64,000 bases of DNA, from positions 16,322-80,321 of the forward strand of contig VBCA01000015.1 in the NCBI GenBank assembly GCA_005881575.1, read 5' to 3'. The notes below the pieces were generated by a model. The model saw nothing but the letters and a program-made list of their open reading frames with translations, was not told where the DNA came from and ran no database searches. Shown here piece by piece: positions 53,012 through 62,390 of the stretch; the first letter of the stretch is position 1; the number at the start of each line of letters is the position of its first letter. Origin of the DNA: Betaproteobacteria bacterium (GTDB taxonomy: Bacteria; Pseudomonadota; Gammaproteobacteria; Burkholderiales; SG8-39). The position numbers and the translations under genes were made by a program.

Positions 53012-54007
53012 CTAGCGCCAGAGATCGACCGATTCGCCCTTCTCGCGCATCGCCTGCGCGCGCGCCCGGATGAAGCGCTGGAAGCTGGGTTCGCGAAGGT
53101 AAGCCGCGCTCGCGACGTAGTCGAGCGCGGAAGCGAGGTGAAAAGGCCGCAGGTAGGCTTCGATGCGGAACGCCTCCTTGCCGTCCGTGCCGAAGAAAAC
53201 CACCGAAGGCGTGTAGGAGAGGCCGAGCGAACGCGCCCAGTCCTCGGCCGGGAGCCTGTCTCCCGCCGGAGTCGTGACCGGAGTGCGTTCCGCGAGCGCG
53301 AAGCGCGCCACGTCGAAGCGCTTCAGCGACTCGGCGATTCCCGCGCGGCGGAAGCCCTCGCGGTGCAGCTCGTCGCAGGCCGCGCAGGACGGCGTCTCGA
53401 AGAAAACGGCGAGCGGTTTTGCGCCGCGCCTGCGCAGATCGTACGGCGGTTTGAGAAAGAAGGGCTCGTCGTGCAGCTGCTCCCCGGCCGGCTCCCGCAC
53501 CGCGGTGCGCAGGTACTCGGCGAGCGCGATTTTCCTTTCCCTGCGGCGGGCGACCCAGTCGAGCACCGGCTCGAAGCGGTGCGGCGGGTAGTAGCCGTTC
53601 AGCCGCGCCACGATCCCGCCGCGCTCGTCGAAAAAGACGAGCGTGGGCGTGAACTGGATTTTCAGGAAGGCCACGAGCTGTTTCTCGGAGAATTTCTTTC
53701 CGTCCGTCCAGGTTACCTCGCGGTCGCCCCAGATGTTGAGCGAAACCGCGAGGAAATTCTTTCGCGCCTTGTCGGCGATCGCTTTCTGGCTGAAGTTGGT
53801 CAGGATCAGTTCCTTGCAGTAGGGGCAGTCGTTCTGCTCGAAGAGGATCATGAGCCGCTTGCCCTCGCGCGCGGCCTGGCCCACGTCTTGCCGGAAATCG
53901 AGGAAAGTCTCGGTGAACCACGGCGGCAGTGCGACCGGCCCGGCGGCGGCGGCCGACGCGGGACCCGGAAGGAGGAAAAGGCAAAAGAGCAGAGCGGGCA
54001 GCTTCAT
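53012..54007 (-). CDS. periplasmic tandem thioredoxin-fold protein (SoxW-like)
   Basis: Signal peptide, PPWF..FLD, CPYC, FTPT, second CAAC and YTPS. Confidence 0.85.
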   Translation of the reverse strand: MKLPALLFCLFLLPGPASAAAAGPVALPPWFTETFLDFRQDVGQAAREGKRLMILFEQNDCPYCKELILTNFSQKAIADKARKNFLAVSLNIWGDREVTWTDGKKFSEKQLVAFLKIQFTPTLVFFDERGGIVARLNGYYPPHRFEPVLDWVARRRERKIALAEYLRTAVREPAGEQLHDEPFFLKPPYDLRRRGAKPLAVFFETPSCAACDELHREGFRRAGIAESLKRFDVARFALAERTPVTTPAGDRLPAEDWARSLGLSYTPSVVFFGTDGKEAFRIEAYLRPFHLASALDYVASAAYLREPSFQRFIRARAQAMREKGESVDLWR

Positions 54008-54026
54008 CGTTGCGCGCCGCAGCCGG

Positions 54027-54374
54027 TCAGCCGCGGAACATGAAATACACCGCACCCATGATACACAACGACGCCCAGAGGTAGTCGAGCTTGAGAGGCT
54101 GGTTCATGTAGAAGAGCGCGAAAGGGACGAACACGACGAGCGTGATCGCTTCCTGGAGGATCTTCAGTTGCGCCAGGCTGAATTGGCTGAAGCCGATGCG
54201 GTTCGCGGGAACCTGGAGCAGGTATTCGAACAGCGCCACGCCCCAGGACACGAGCGCCGCGATGAACCAGGGCTTGGAGGAAAGCTCCTTCAGATGCGCG
54301 TACCACGCGAAGGTCATGAACACGTTCGAGAGCGCGAGCAGTCCGACGGTCTGTGCAAGAACGGTGGAGTTCAT
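54027..54374 (-). CDS. DMT family small membrane protein
   Basis: SNVFMTFAWYAHL, FEYLLQVPANRIG, QLKILQE. Confidence 0.88.
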   Translation of the reverse strand: MNSTVLAQTVGLLALSNVFMTFAWYAHLKELSSKPWFIAALVSWGVALFEYLLQVPANRIGFSQFSLAQLKILQEAITLVVFVPFALFYMNQPLKLDYLWASLCIMGAVYFMFRG

Positions 54375-54377
54375 CGT

Positions 54378-54869
54378 TTATCCAATCTTCTCTATTCTCT
54401 GAGCGGCGCAGGCGGCGAGCAGCGCAGCGGCGCGGCCCTTGCCCGGGATCGCGATGTCGGGAGCGATCTCGGCGAGGGGCGCGAGCACGAAGGCGCGCTC
54501 GTGCATGCGGGGGTGGGGAACGACAAGTCCCGGCTCGTCGATCACGCGATAGCCGTAGAGCAGGAGATCGAGATCGAGCGTGCGCGGCGCGTTGGGAAAT
54601 TCGCGCGTGCGGCCGAAGCGCTTCTCTTCGGCGAGCAGCGCGTCCAGCAGGGCCCGCGCGGTGAGCGCCGTCTCGACCGCGGCGACGGCGTTGATGAAAT
54701 CGAGCTGCGCGACCACGCCCACCGGCGCGCTGCGGTAGAGCGAAGACGCGGCGAGCAGCCGCGTCCCAGGCAGCTCGGCGAGCGCCGCGAGTGCGCGGCG
54801 CACTTGAGCTTCGGGCTCTCCGAGATTCGCGCCCAGTCCCACAAAGGCTTTCGTCGCGAGCTTATCCAT
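54378..54869 (-). CDS. folK: HPPK, 6-hydroxymethyl-7,8-dihydropterin pyrophosphokinase
   Basis: GLGANLG, FINAV, PRTLDLDLL, PHPRMHERAFVL. Confidence 0.96.
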   Translation of the reverse strand: MDKLATKAFVGLGANLGEPEAQVRRALAALAELPGTRLLAASSLYRSAPVGVVAQLDFINAVAAVETALTARALLDALLAEEKRFGRTREFPNAPRTLDLDLLLYGYRVIDEPGLVVPHPRMHERAFVLAPLAEIAPDIAIPGKGRAAALLAACAAQRIEKIG

Positions 54870-55521
54870 TGAGGGTAAAACGCCATGCGTCTCCGGATCC
54901 GCGCAGGACGAGCGGCGCATTTGTTGAGCCGTGCCACGCGGCGACGCGGGGAATCCAGTCCTCCGCCGTCGCGGCGGCAGCGTTTTCCGGGCTGCGTACC
55001 TGTTCGCAGCGAACGGCTCCGGGCATCATCTTCTTCTGAAGGAGGCACCAGTCGCTGCGATGTGCTGCGCCGCCTGAGGCGGATTCCTCCACCCAACCGA
55101 CCAGCACTCTCTCACAGTCCGCGAGCCAGCGTTGCGCGAGGTGCGGCAGCGAAGGCCAGGCGTCCGGGGCGAGAGACAGGCAGGCCGCGCGCGTGACCGG
55201 ATGCGAGCGCTGCGCGAGCAGCGCTCCGGCGAGATGCGGCTGGGTCGCGATGAAGGTGAAAGGCATCGCCGGCTCACCGAGCTTGAGACTCTCGTCGAGC
55301 GCGGCGCGCGTAGCGTCGAGCGCGCCGCCCCCTGTTGCCCACAGGACCCCGAGCGGGCCGTCCCCACCCGCGGCGTCCAGGCAGGCTTGCGCGCCGAGCA
55401 GGCAAAGCTGCGCGAAGCGGCCCGCGCGGCGCAGCTCGGAGGCGAAGCGCGAGCGCACCCGTGCCGAAAAATCGTCCGGAGCGATACGCAGCGCGGCGGG
55501 CGCGAGCAGATACACGGTCAA
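54862..55521 (-). CDS. non-catalytic ketosynthase-like / chain-length-factor-like protein
   Basis: RRAGRFAQLCLLGA and MPFTFI resemble a KS N-terminal domain; directly follows the KS gene; no active-site motif. Confidence 0.6.
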   Translation of the reverse strand: MTVYLLAPAALRIAPDDFSARVRSRFASELRRAGRFAQLCLLGAQACLDAAGGDGPLGVLWATGGGALDATRAALDESLKLGEPAMPFTFIATQPHLAGALLAQRSHPVTRAACLSLAPDAWPSLPHLAQRWLADCERVLVGWVEESASGGAAHRSDWCLLQKKMMPGAVRCEQVRSPENAAAATAEDWIPRVAAWHGSTNAPLVLRGSGDAWRFTLNG

Positions 55522-56606
55522 CCCGCGTTTTCCAGCGCGAGGCTCATCACGCTTCCGCCGAACCCGGAAAGGTTGAACAGCACGCGGCGCACCCCTTGCG
55601 CGTTGCCGCCGGAGGGCGCGAAGCCGAGCGCGTCGTCGGGCTTTGAAAATCCCCAGGTCGCGGGCACGCGCCCGCGCGCGAGGCTCGCGAGGAGCAGCGC
55701 GAGCTCCGCGGGGCCGCTTGCGCCGAGCGTATGGCCGAGCGCGCCCTTCAGCGATACCGATCTCGGCACAGGGGAGAACAATTCGCGTACCGCGTTCGCC
55801 TCGGCGAGATCGGCCAGCGGCCCGCCGCCCGATTGCAGCTTGATCAGATCCACCGCGGCGCTCTCCCAGCGCGCGCCGGCCATCGCGGCCCGCATCGTCT
55901 TTGCCGTCGCCGTGCCGTCCGGCGACGGACCGGTCACACTCGCCGCATCCATCCCGGCGGCGAGCGAGGCAATGCGCCAGGGGGCGGGCACCGCAGACAC
56001 CAGCACCGCGCCCAGCGCTTCGCCGAGCACCAGTCCGTCGCGCCCGCGGTCGCAGGGACGTGCGGCCGTCGCAGAAAGGAGCTGGAGTCCGGCGAAGCCC
56101 GCGACGGTCAGCCGATTGCGGAGCTCCACGCCGAGGACCAGCACCTCGCGGGCTTCGCCTTGTGCAATCAGCCCGAGCGCGATATCGAGCGCGGCGAAGC
56201 CCGAGGTGCAGGTGGTGCTCACTGCCGTCACCGGGCCGCTAACGCCGAACGCCTTTGCGAGCCTCAAGGAAAAATCGAACGAGGGCTCGAGCGCCGCCCA
56301 GCCGCCCTCGTCCCAGGCGCCCACGGAAAACGAGGACGAGCCGACGATGCACGGGAGCGCCGCCCATTGCGCCGGCGCGAGCGCGGCTTTGCGCCGCAGG
56401 TCCTCAGCCACCGAGCGCGCGATGGCTTCGGCGCGCCTCCTCCAGTCGCCTTCGGCGACCGGGATGGCGAAATAGGGCCAGGCTCCCCCGGTTTTCGTGT
56501 TTCGGGCAGGCACCGCGGGCGCGCCCGCGAGGCGTTCGACGGCCGCCTCGAGATCCGGTCCGAGCGCGCTCGCGAGCGCACAGGCGCGCACGAAGGCTCC
56601 GGTCAT
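55518..56606 (-). CDS. beta-ketoacyl-ACP synthase (FabF-like, atypical)
   Basis: STTCTSG, RDGLVLGE, KGALGHTLGA, GFGG. Confidence 0.85.
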   Translation of the reverse strand: MTGAFVRACALASALGPDLEAAVERLAGAPAVPARNTKTGGAWPYFAIPVAEGDWRRRAEAIARSVAEDLRRKAALAPAQWAALPCIVGSSSFSVGAWDEGGWAALEPSFDFSLRLAKAFGVSGPVTAVSTTCTSGFAALDIALGLIAQGEAREVLVLGVELRNRLTVAGFAGLQLLSATAARPCDRGRDGLVLGEALGAVLVSAVPAPWRIASLAAGMDAASVTGPSPDGTATAKTMRAAMAGARWESAAVDLIKLQSGGGPLADLAEANAVRELFSPVPRSVSLKGALGHTLGASGPAELALLLASLARGRVPATWGFSKPDDALGFAPSGGNAQGVRRVLFNLSGFGGSVMSLALENAG

Positions 56607-56869
56607 GCGCGTTTTTGCAGCAAGTGATCCGCGAGATTTCCCACGCAGGCCAGGAGGCGCCGAGTTTCCTTGCTGTCGGTGAGGCGCACGCCGTAGCGCT
56701 TCTGCAGGGCCATGGACACCTGCAGCGCGTCGAGCGAGTCGAGCGCGAGCCGGGTCTCCGTCCCGAAAATCGCTTCCTCCGGCGACAAAGGCGGCGCGAC
56801 CGGAGCCTTCTCGGTCGCCTCGAGGATGAGCGCTGTCAGGTCCGCGATCAGGGCGTCGCGAGGCGTCAT
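56603..56869 (-). CDS. acyl carrier protein (DarC-like)
   Basis: LALDSLDALQ phosphopantetheine site; 88 aa. Confidence 0.9.
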   Translation of the reverse strand: MTPRDALIADLTALILEATEKAPVAPPLSPEEAIFGTETRLALDSLDALQVSMALQKRYGVRLTDSKETRRLLACVGNLADHLLQKRA

Positions 56870-58059
56870 TGCGCGGGAGCCAGGACGCGGCGCCGGTGAT
56901 GCACCCACAGGGCGGCGGCAAAGAGCGCTAGAGCGAGCGCGAGCAGCTTCACGCAGGGCGCAGCGATGTCGGCTGCGCCGCCCTGGCGCAGGATCACGGC
57001 GTGGAACCCGTCCAGGGCCCAAGCCATGGGCGACACCTCGGAGAGCTTCTGCATGGTTTCAGGCATCACGAAGCGCGGCACCATGATGCCGCCGAGGGCT
57101 GCGGCGAGAATGTTGCCGACGCCGCCGATCACGGTCGCCTGCTCGAGCGTGCGCGAGCACACCGCGACGAAGAGGCCCCAGCCGATGGCGGCAACGCTCG
57201 TGCAGGCCGTCACCGCGGCGAGCAGGTCCCAGCGCGCGGGGAGCGCGAGCGTCTCGCCGCCGAACCAGGGCACGAGCGTCCGGCCGGCGAGCAGCATCAG
57301 CGCACCTTGAGCGAGATTGACGACGAAATACGGTCCCACCTTGCCCAGGAGCAGCATCGAAAACGGGACCCGCAGGCTCACCAGGCGCGCGAGCGTGCCC
57401 TCGCGCCGCTCCACGATGAAGAGCGAGGAGATCGGCATCACCACGAAGAACATCCCGAAGATGAGCCAGGCCGGCGTGTTCTGCTGTACCGAAGACGGGC
57501 GCCCGGCGCCGCCGATCGTTTCGACGTTCAAGGTCGCTGCGTGTTTCAGATCGAAGGCATCCGCGTCGGCGGCGATTCCGGCCCGGCGCATCATCGCCGA
57601 TACGCGAAGCGCGAGTGCCACGCCGAGAACGCGCTGCCGGAAGGCGAGGAGCTGCGTCGGCGGCAAGGCGGGATCGGCGAGGAGCGTGAGCTTGGGCGGC
57701 GTACTTTTCCCGTCGAGCGGCGCGTTCAGGGCGCGCTCGAAATCGCGCGGCACGAGGAGGACGAGCGAAGGCGTTCCGCGGCGCACGCCGTCGCGCGCAG
57801 CGGCTTCGTCCGCCGGCGCCGGCGCGGCGCGAAAACCCTCGCCCGACAGGCTCCGAACGAGGCGCTCGGCGAGCTTCGGATCTGCCGCCATGACGGCGAA
57901 CCCGGTCAGGCGCGCGGCGCCGCCCTTGAACACGTCGCTCAGGGCGAGCGACATCACCACGATGAACGCGGCAGGCATCAGAAACAGCACCGCGAGCCCG
58001 AGGACATCGCGCGAAAGCGCGAGCCATTCCTTTTCCCACAAGGCGAGCAAACGGCGCAT
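56866..58059 (-). CDS. ABC-2 type exporter permease
   Basis: LFLMP, SSVQQNTPAWLIFGMFF, ERREGT, LGK, SPMAW. Confidence 0.9.
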   Translation of the reverse strand: MRRLLALWEKEWLALSRDVLGLAVLFLMPAAFIVVMSLALSDVFKGGAARLTGFAVMAADPKLAERLVRSLSGEGFRAAPAPADEAAARDGVRRGTPSLVLLVPRDFERALNAPLDGKSTPPKLTLLADPALPPTQLLAFRQRVLGVALALRVSAMMRRAGIAADADAFDLKHAATLNVETIGGAGRPSSVQQNTPAWLIFGMFFVVMPISSLFIVERREGTLARLVSLRVPFSMLLLGKVGPYFVVNLAQGALMLLAGRTLVPWFGGETLALPARWDLLAAVTACTSVAAIGWGLFVAVCSRTLEQATVIGGVGNILAAALGGIMVPRFVMPETMQKLSEVSPMAWALDGFHAVILRQGGAADIAAPCVKLLALALALFAAALWVHHRRRVLAPAQ

Positions 58060-58793
58060 CAGTCTCTGAGCGACCGGTGGGTCAGCTGCATGAAGAGCTC
58101 TTGCAGGCCCGAGCCGTCCCGGGTCACCTCCGACAGCGCGCCTGAAACGAGCACGCGTCCGTGGTCGATGATCGCCACCCGGTCGCAGATCGCTTCGACC
58201 TCTTCCATATAGTGACTGGTGTAGAGAATCGTCCGTCCCGCTCCGGCCAGCGAGCGGATCGACTCGAGCAGGAAGGCGCGCGCCTGCGGATCGACCCCCG
58301 CGGTCGGCTCGTCGAGGAGCAGGATCTCCGGTTCTACGAGCAGGCCGATCGCGAGATTCAGACGGCGTTTCAGGCCCCCCGAAAGCCGGCCTGCGCGGCG
58401 TGACAGCGCGCTTTCGATGCGCGCGAAGCGGGCGGCGGCGGCGACGCGTTCCCTGAGCCGCGCGCCGGCCAGGTCCTGCACCGCGCCGAAGAAGCGCAGA
58501 TTCTCCGCGCAGGTGAGCATGGGGTAGAACGCGTATTCCTGCGGCACGAGTCCCAGGCTGTGCGGCCGGCGGCGGCGCAAGCCTTCGAGCGGCTCGTCGC
58601 CGGCGCTGATGCTTCCGGTCGCCCCGCGCAGTTGCCCCGCGAGGATCGAGATCAGCGTGGTCTTGCCCGCGCCGTTCGGTCCGAGCAGACCGAAAATTCC
58701 ACCCGCGGGAATCGCGAGGCTGACCTTGTCCAGCACGGTTTCACCCCGGCCGGGGTAGCGAAACGAAACGCTCTCGAGGTTCAGCGTGCCCAT
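58059..58793 (-). CDS. ABC exporter ATP-binding protein
   Basis: GPNGAGKT, LSGG, LDEPTAGVDPQ, SHYMEE. Confidence 0.93.
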   Translation of the reverse strand: MGTLNLESVSFRYPGRGETVLDKVSLAIPAGGIFGLLGPNGAGKTTLISILAGQLRGATGSISAGDEPLEGLRRRRPHSLGLVPQEYAFYPMLTCAENLRFFGAVQDLAGARLRERVAAAARFARIESALSRRAGRLSGGLKRRLNLAIGLLVEPEILLLDEPTAGVDPQARAFLLESIRSLAGAGRTILYTSHYMEEVEAICDRVAIIDHGRVLVSGALSEVTRDGSGLQELFMQLTHRSLRD

Positions 58794-59785
58794 TCGCGCT
58801 GGGCGCGGTGCAGGCTCTGGAAAAAAAACTTTTCGTCGGCGGCCAGAGCGCGCAGCCGCGCAGCCAATGCCGGCGGGGAGAGCGCGTCGCGGCCGCGGAT
58901 CATGCGCGCCGCGGCGAGCGCGAACTCGCGCCAGCGGTCGCCGATCTCGACCAGCCGCGATGCGAGCCCGTCGAGCGCCGCGTGGCCGGTCTTGGCCGCC
59001 AGCTCCTGCAGGAACGACGCATAGAGGAACCGGAAACCGCCGCCGCCGGTGCCGATCTCCTCCTGCATGCGAACGATGTTGCCGATGTACAAGCGCGCCC
59101 GCTCCCCGCCGTCGGCGAGCGGCAGGCGCTCGATTTGCCGCGCGAGCAGCTTCATTCCGCGCACGCCGACGAGGGGCAGGGGAGCGAGCATGATGCGGGC
59201 GGTGCGCGCGAGGGCCCGCCGTCCGAGGCGCACCCAATCGGGCGCAGCAGGCGGCGTCTCCAGGAAATAGAGCAATCCTTTGGGCGCGAGCACCCCTTTG
59301 GCGAAGCGCGCCCTGGCGAGATCCGCACGCGCGCAGCGCACGGTCATCTCCGCCACCGGGTCGCTGATGAGATATTCGTCGCGCTCGCGCCCGTAGACGA
59401 GCAGGTTGTGCGCGTTGAAATGAAACCGCAGATCGGGCGGAAAATAGGGGAGCCAGTAGACCGAAGTCTGCAGGCCGACGAGCTTGCCCGAATCGAGCAG
59501 CGCGTCGAGGCGCTGCATGCCTGCCGAGGGCGAGCGGAAGGTCTCGAAACGCATGTCCAGGCCCAGGGCGCGCGCAAGGCCGCGGATGATGGCGCGCGGC
59601 GGCATGCGGTAGGACACGAGCGGCAGGCCGTTGATGCGCACGAACGGAAGGTAGGCGAACGACAGGGCCGACGCCAGCCCGAAGGCCATCGCTTCGGAAA
59701 AAGGCAAGCCGTGGTGGCGCAGCAGCGAGGACATCACGCCCGACTCACAGTGCGAAGCGTGCGCGTGCACGAACCCGTCCGGCAT
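58781..59785 (-). CDS. BtrH N-terminal domain (papain/C39-like) protein
   Basis: HCESG, VYWLPYFP, FHFNAHN, ISDP, QEEIGTGGGGFR. Confidence 0.85.
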   Translation of the reverse strand: MPDGFVHAHASHCESGVMSSLLRHHGLPFSEAMAFGLASALSFAYLPFVRINGLPLVSYRMPPRAIIRGLARALGLDMRFETFRSPSAGMQRLDALLDSGKLVGLQTSVYWLPYFPPDLRFHFNAHNLLVYGRERDEYLISDPVAEMTVRCARADLARARFAKGVLAPKGLLYFLETPPAAPDWVRLGRRALARTARIMLAPLPLVGVRGMKLLARQIERLPLADGGERARLYIGNIVRMQEEIGTGGGGFRFLYASFLQELAAKTGHAALDGLASRLVEIGDRWREFALAAARMIRGRDALSPPALAARLRALAADEKFFFQSLHRAQREWAR

Positions 59786-59787
59786 CG

Positions 59788-60183
59788 CTATTCCACCTTT
59801 TCCAGGGCCTCGGGGGTGATGCCGAGCGCTTCGGCGTAGCGCGTCTTCAGTGCGGGCGGCAGGCGGGCGAAGGCGGCCGGCTTGAGATGGCGCCGCACGC
59901 GCCAGCGCCACAGGCCGGTGATTTGCGACAGCAGCTCGACATCCATGCGCGCGCGATACATGTGGTATTCGAGCGGCGAGGCTTCACCCGAAAGCGCCCG
60001 CGCCCGCGCCCGCATCGCGCGCCTCTCCAAGTCCTCGACCGCCTGGCGCGTGACGATTTCCTCGACCTCCCAGCCGCGCGAGGACACGAGCCGCAACCTA
60101 CCGTCGTCGGCGATCGCGTAGACGCCTTTGCGATGCCCCGCGAGGGTCGCGTTACCCTCCTGGGGCACATCGCGCTCACGCAT
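59788..60183 (-). CDS. conserved hypothetical protein of dar clusters (HTH-like C-terminus)
   Basis: VPQE, SRGWEVE, SPLEYHM...MD, VRRHLKP; overlaps darB stop. Confidence 0.75.
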   Translation of the reverse strand: MRERDVPQEGNATLAGHRKGVYAIADDGRLRLVSSRGWEVEEIVTRQAVEDLERRAMRARARALSGEASPLEYHMYRARMDVELLSQITGLWRWRVRRHLKPAAFARLPPALKTRYAEALGITPEALEKVE

Positions 60184-61333
60184 GCGCGATGACGGTGAGG
60201 TAGATGAAACCGCTCGAGAAGCGTCCGCTCTCCGGCACCCAGCACAGGAGGTGCTGCCCGTTTCGCAGCCGACCGCTTTGGAGCAATTCGTCGAGCATGA
60301 TGTAAATCGAGGCCGATCCGACGTTTCCCACCCGCTCGAGATTGGTGAACCAGCGTTCCTGGGGAATCGGCAGCCCGGCGCGCGCGATCCCGTCGGCGAC
60401 CGGCGCGCGGAAGAATTCCGATGAATAGTGAGGCAGGAACCAGTCCACTGCTCCAGACGAAAGCGCGCGTTGCGGAATGACGCGCTCGAGCGGTTTGATC
60501 AGAGTGTGCTCGATGACTTTGTCGTTGAGGAGCTTCACGTCCTGCTTCAGGGTAAACAGCGATTTTGTCTCGCGCTCGCGTGCCGAGTAGCTCAACCAGC
60601 TGCGCAGCGCGCCGCCGGCGTCTTTTTCCGCGCCGTAGTACATGCACGCCGGCAGCAGATGCGCATAGGAGAAAATATCGATCCACTCGATGCGCAGGTT
60701 GAGCCCGGGACGCGGCGCGGACTCGATCAGCAGAGCGCCGGCGCCGTCGGAAAGCATCCAGCGCAGAAAATCCTTTTCGAAGGCCAGTTCCGGATGCGTC
60801 TCCAGGGCCTGCGCGTCGCCGGGGCGCTCGTCGCGGTAGTTCTGCGCGCGCAAGCCGAGCGAAGCGGTCTCCGAACCGGTAGCGATCGCGTTTTGCGAGC
60901 TGCCCGACACCACCGACATCCAGCCGTACTTAAGGGCCGTCGCGCCTGAGACGCACACTCCGGCGGTGGCGACCACCTCGCAGACGGCGGCGCCGATCTC
61001 GCCGTGGACCATGACCGCGTGATTGGGCAGCAGTTGGTCGGGGTTCGAGGTGCCGCACACGAGGCACGCGATGTCATCGAGCCCGAAGCCGTCGTAGATC
61101 AGGCCCTTGACCGCTGCGGCCGTGAGGCTCGCGTTGGTAAAGTTGGGCTCACCCGTGGCCGGGTCGATGACGTAGTAGCGCTGGCGAATGCCGTTGCTGC
61201 GTTGGACGACGCGCCGCGCGCGAGACGGACGATCGCCGACCTGGCCCAGAATCGCTTCCACCCGGTCGTTCTCGACCGGAGCGTTAGGCAGACAAACCGA
61301 GCTTCGCGTGATGTAGGCGGTATTGCAGTTCAT
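60176..61333 (-). CDS. darB: DarB/StlD-type ketosynthase III-like cyclase
   Basis: SNGIRQRYY, GVCVSG (Cys), FLRWMLSDGAGA, LPHYSS (His), GNVGSAS (Asn), VPESGRFS. Confidence 0.9.
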   Translation of the reverse strand: MNCNTAYITRSSVCLPNAPVENDRVEAILGQVGDRPSRARRVVQRSNGIRQRYYVIDPATGEPNFTNASLTAAAVKGLIYDGFGLDDIACLVCGTSNPDQLLPNHAVMVHGEIGAAVCEVVATAGVCVSGATALKYGWMSVVSGSSQNAIATGSETASLGLRAQNYRDERPGDAQALETHPELAFEKDFLRWMLSDGAGALLIESAPRPGLNLRIEWIDIFSYAHLLPACMYYGAEKDAGGALRSWLSYSARERETKSLFTLKQDVKLLNDKVIEHTLIKPLERVIPQRALSSGAVDWFLPHYSSEFFRAPVADGIARAGLPIPQERWFTNLERVGNVGSASIYIMLDELLQSGRLRNGQHLLCWVPESGRFSSGFIYLTVIAHA

Positions 61334-61352
61334 GCCCGGATTCGATTGCTCA

Positions 61353-62270
61353 TCAGCGCCCCGACGGCAGCTCGTAATACGCTTGCAGGGATCGCAGGCG
61401 CCTCTTCAGTAGGGGCCGCGTGACCCATTGCAGGAGCAGGCTCGTCGGCACGACGGTGAGGATCATCGCGACGAGGTAGACGCAGAACGCGGCGAGCAGG
61501 GGCAAGCGCCCGATCGACCCGGGAGCGCCGCCGAGACGGATCAGCCGCGACCATACCGAAAACGCCCGCTGCGCCGCCCGTTCGCTGAAAATCAGCTGCG
61601 GATCGACGCACGCTGCTCCGAGGCCCGCAAGCATGGGCGCATCCACGCGCTCGCGATCCGCGCGCAGGCCAGCGAGCAGCGCGCGGCCGAATCGATCGGA
61701 GTTCGCGATCTGCTCTTCGGCCACGCCGGCGGCCGGTAGTCCCCAGAAAGCATTGCGCCGCCCGGTCAGGACCCAGCGCGGAGTCGTGATGAAGGTCGCA
61801 AGCGCCCGACCTTCGTCTATGAACGCCACGTTGTCGCGCAGCCTCCCGCCTGCCTCCCGGATCAGCTGCTTGACGGTTTCCTGCGCCACCAGCCACATGT
61901 TGCGGCACGCGATGACGGTCACCACCGGCCGGCCGCGCAGCAGCCGTTTTCCCGCCTCGCCCTTGAGAAATGCCGTGATCGGGCCGGAGGGCGCGAGGTA
62001 CCATACCTGATAGGCCAGGATGACGAGGTCGAAGAGCTCCTCCGCGCGCACCGACAGGGGTTCGAGCTCGGGTGGCTCGAGCAGCACCGTCTCCGGCATC
62101 ACGTCCAGGAAACGCCAGGCCGGCCAGGGGAAGGGATAGGGCTGGCGCGGACGCAGGACTTCTTCGACGAGCTCCACATCGCCGGCCTCGGCCAGCGGCG
62201 ACACCAGCCGGCGCGCCACGCGCGCGAGCTGGCCGGTTTGCGAAAAATGCACGACCAGAACCCGTTTCAT
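61353..62270 (-). CDS. darA: dialkylresorcinol condensing/aromatising enzyme DarA
   Basis: SQTGQL, YPFPW, YQVWYLAPS, ACRNMW; adjacent to darB. Confidence 0.88.
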   Translation of the reverse strand: MKRVLVVHFSQTGQLARVARRLVSPLAEAGDVELVEEVLRPRQPYPFPWPAWRFLDVMPETVLLEPPELEPLSVRAEELFDLVILAYQVWYLAPSGPITAFLKGEAGKRLLRGRPVVTVIACRNMWLVAQETVKQLIREAGGRLRDNVAFIDEGRALATFITTPRWVLTGRRNAFWGLPAAGVAEEQIANSDRFGRALLAGLRADRERVDAPMLAGLGAACVDPQLIFSERAAQRAFSVWSRLIRLGGAPGSIGRLPLLAAFCVYLVAMILTVVPTSLLLQWVTRPLLKRRLRSLQAYYELPSGR

Positions 62271-62390
62271 GCCCCCCCAAGGCGCGCGCGTCGAAAGCGG
62301 CGCATCGGTTGTCGGCCTCCCCCGAAAGAATAACCCGCGGGGCGGCGGGTGTCATCGGATTTTCCGCGAAAGCCCACGAGCTGTGCCTTG

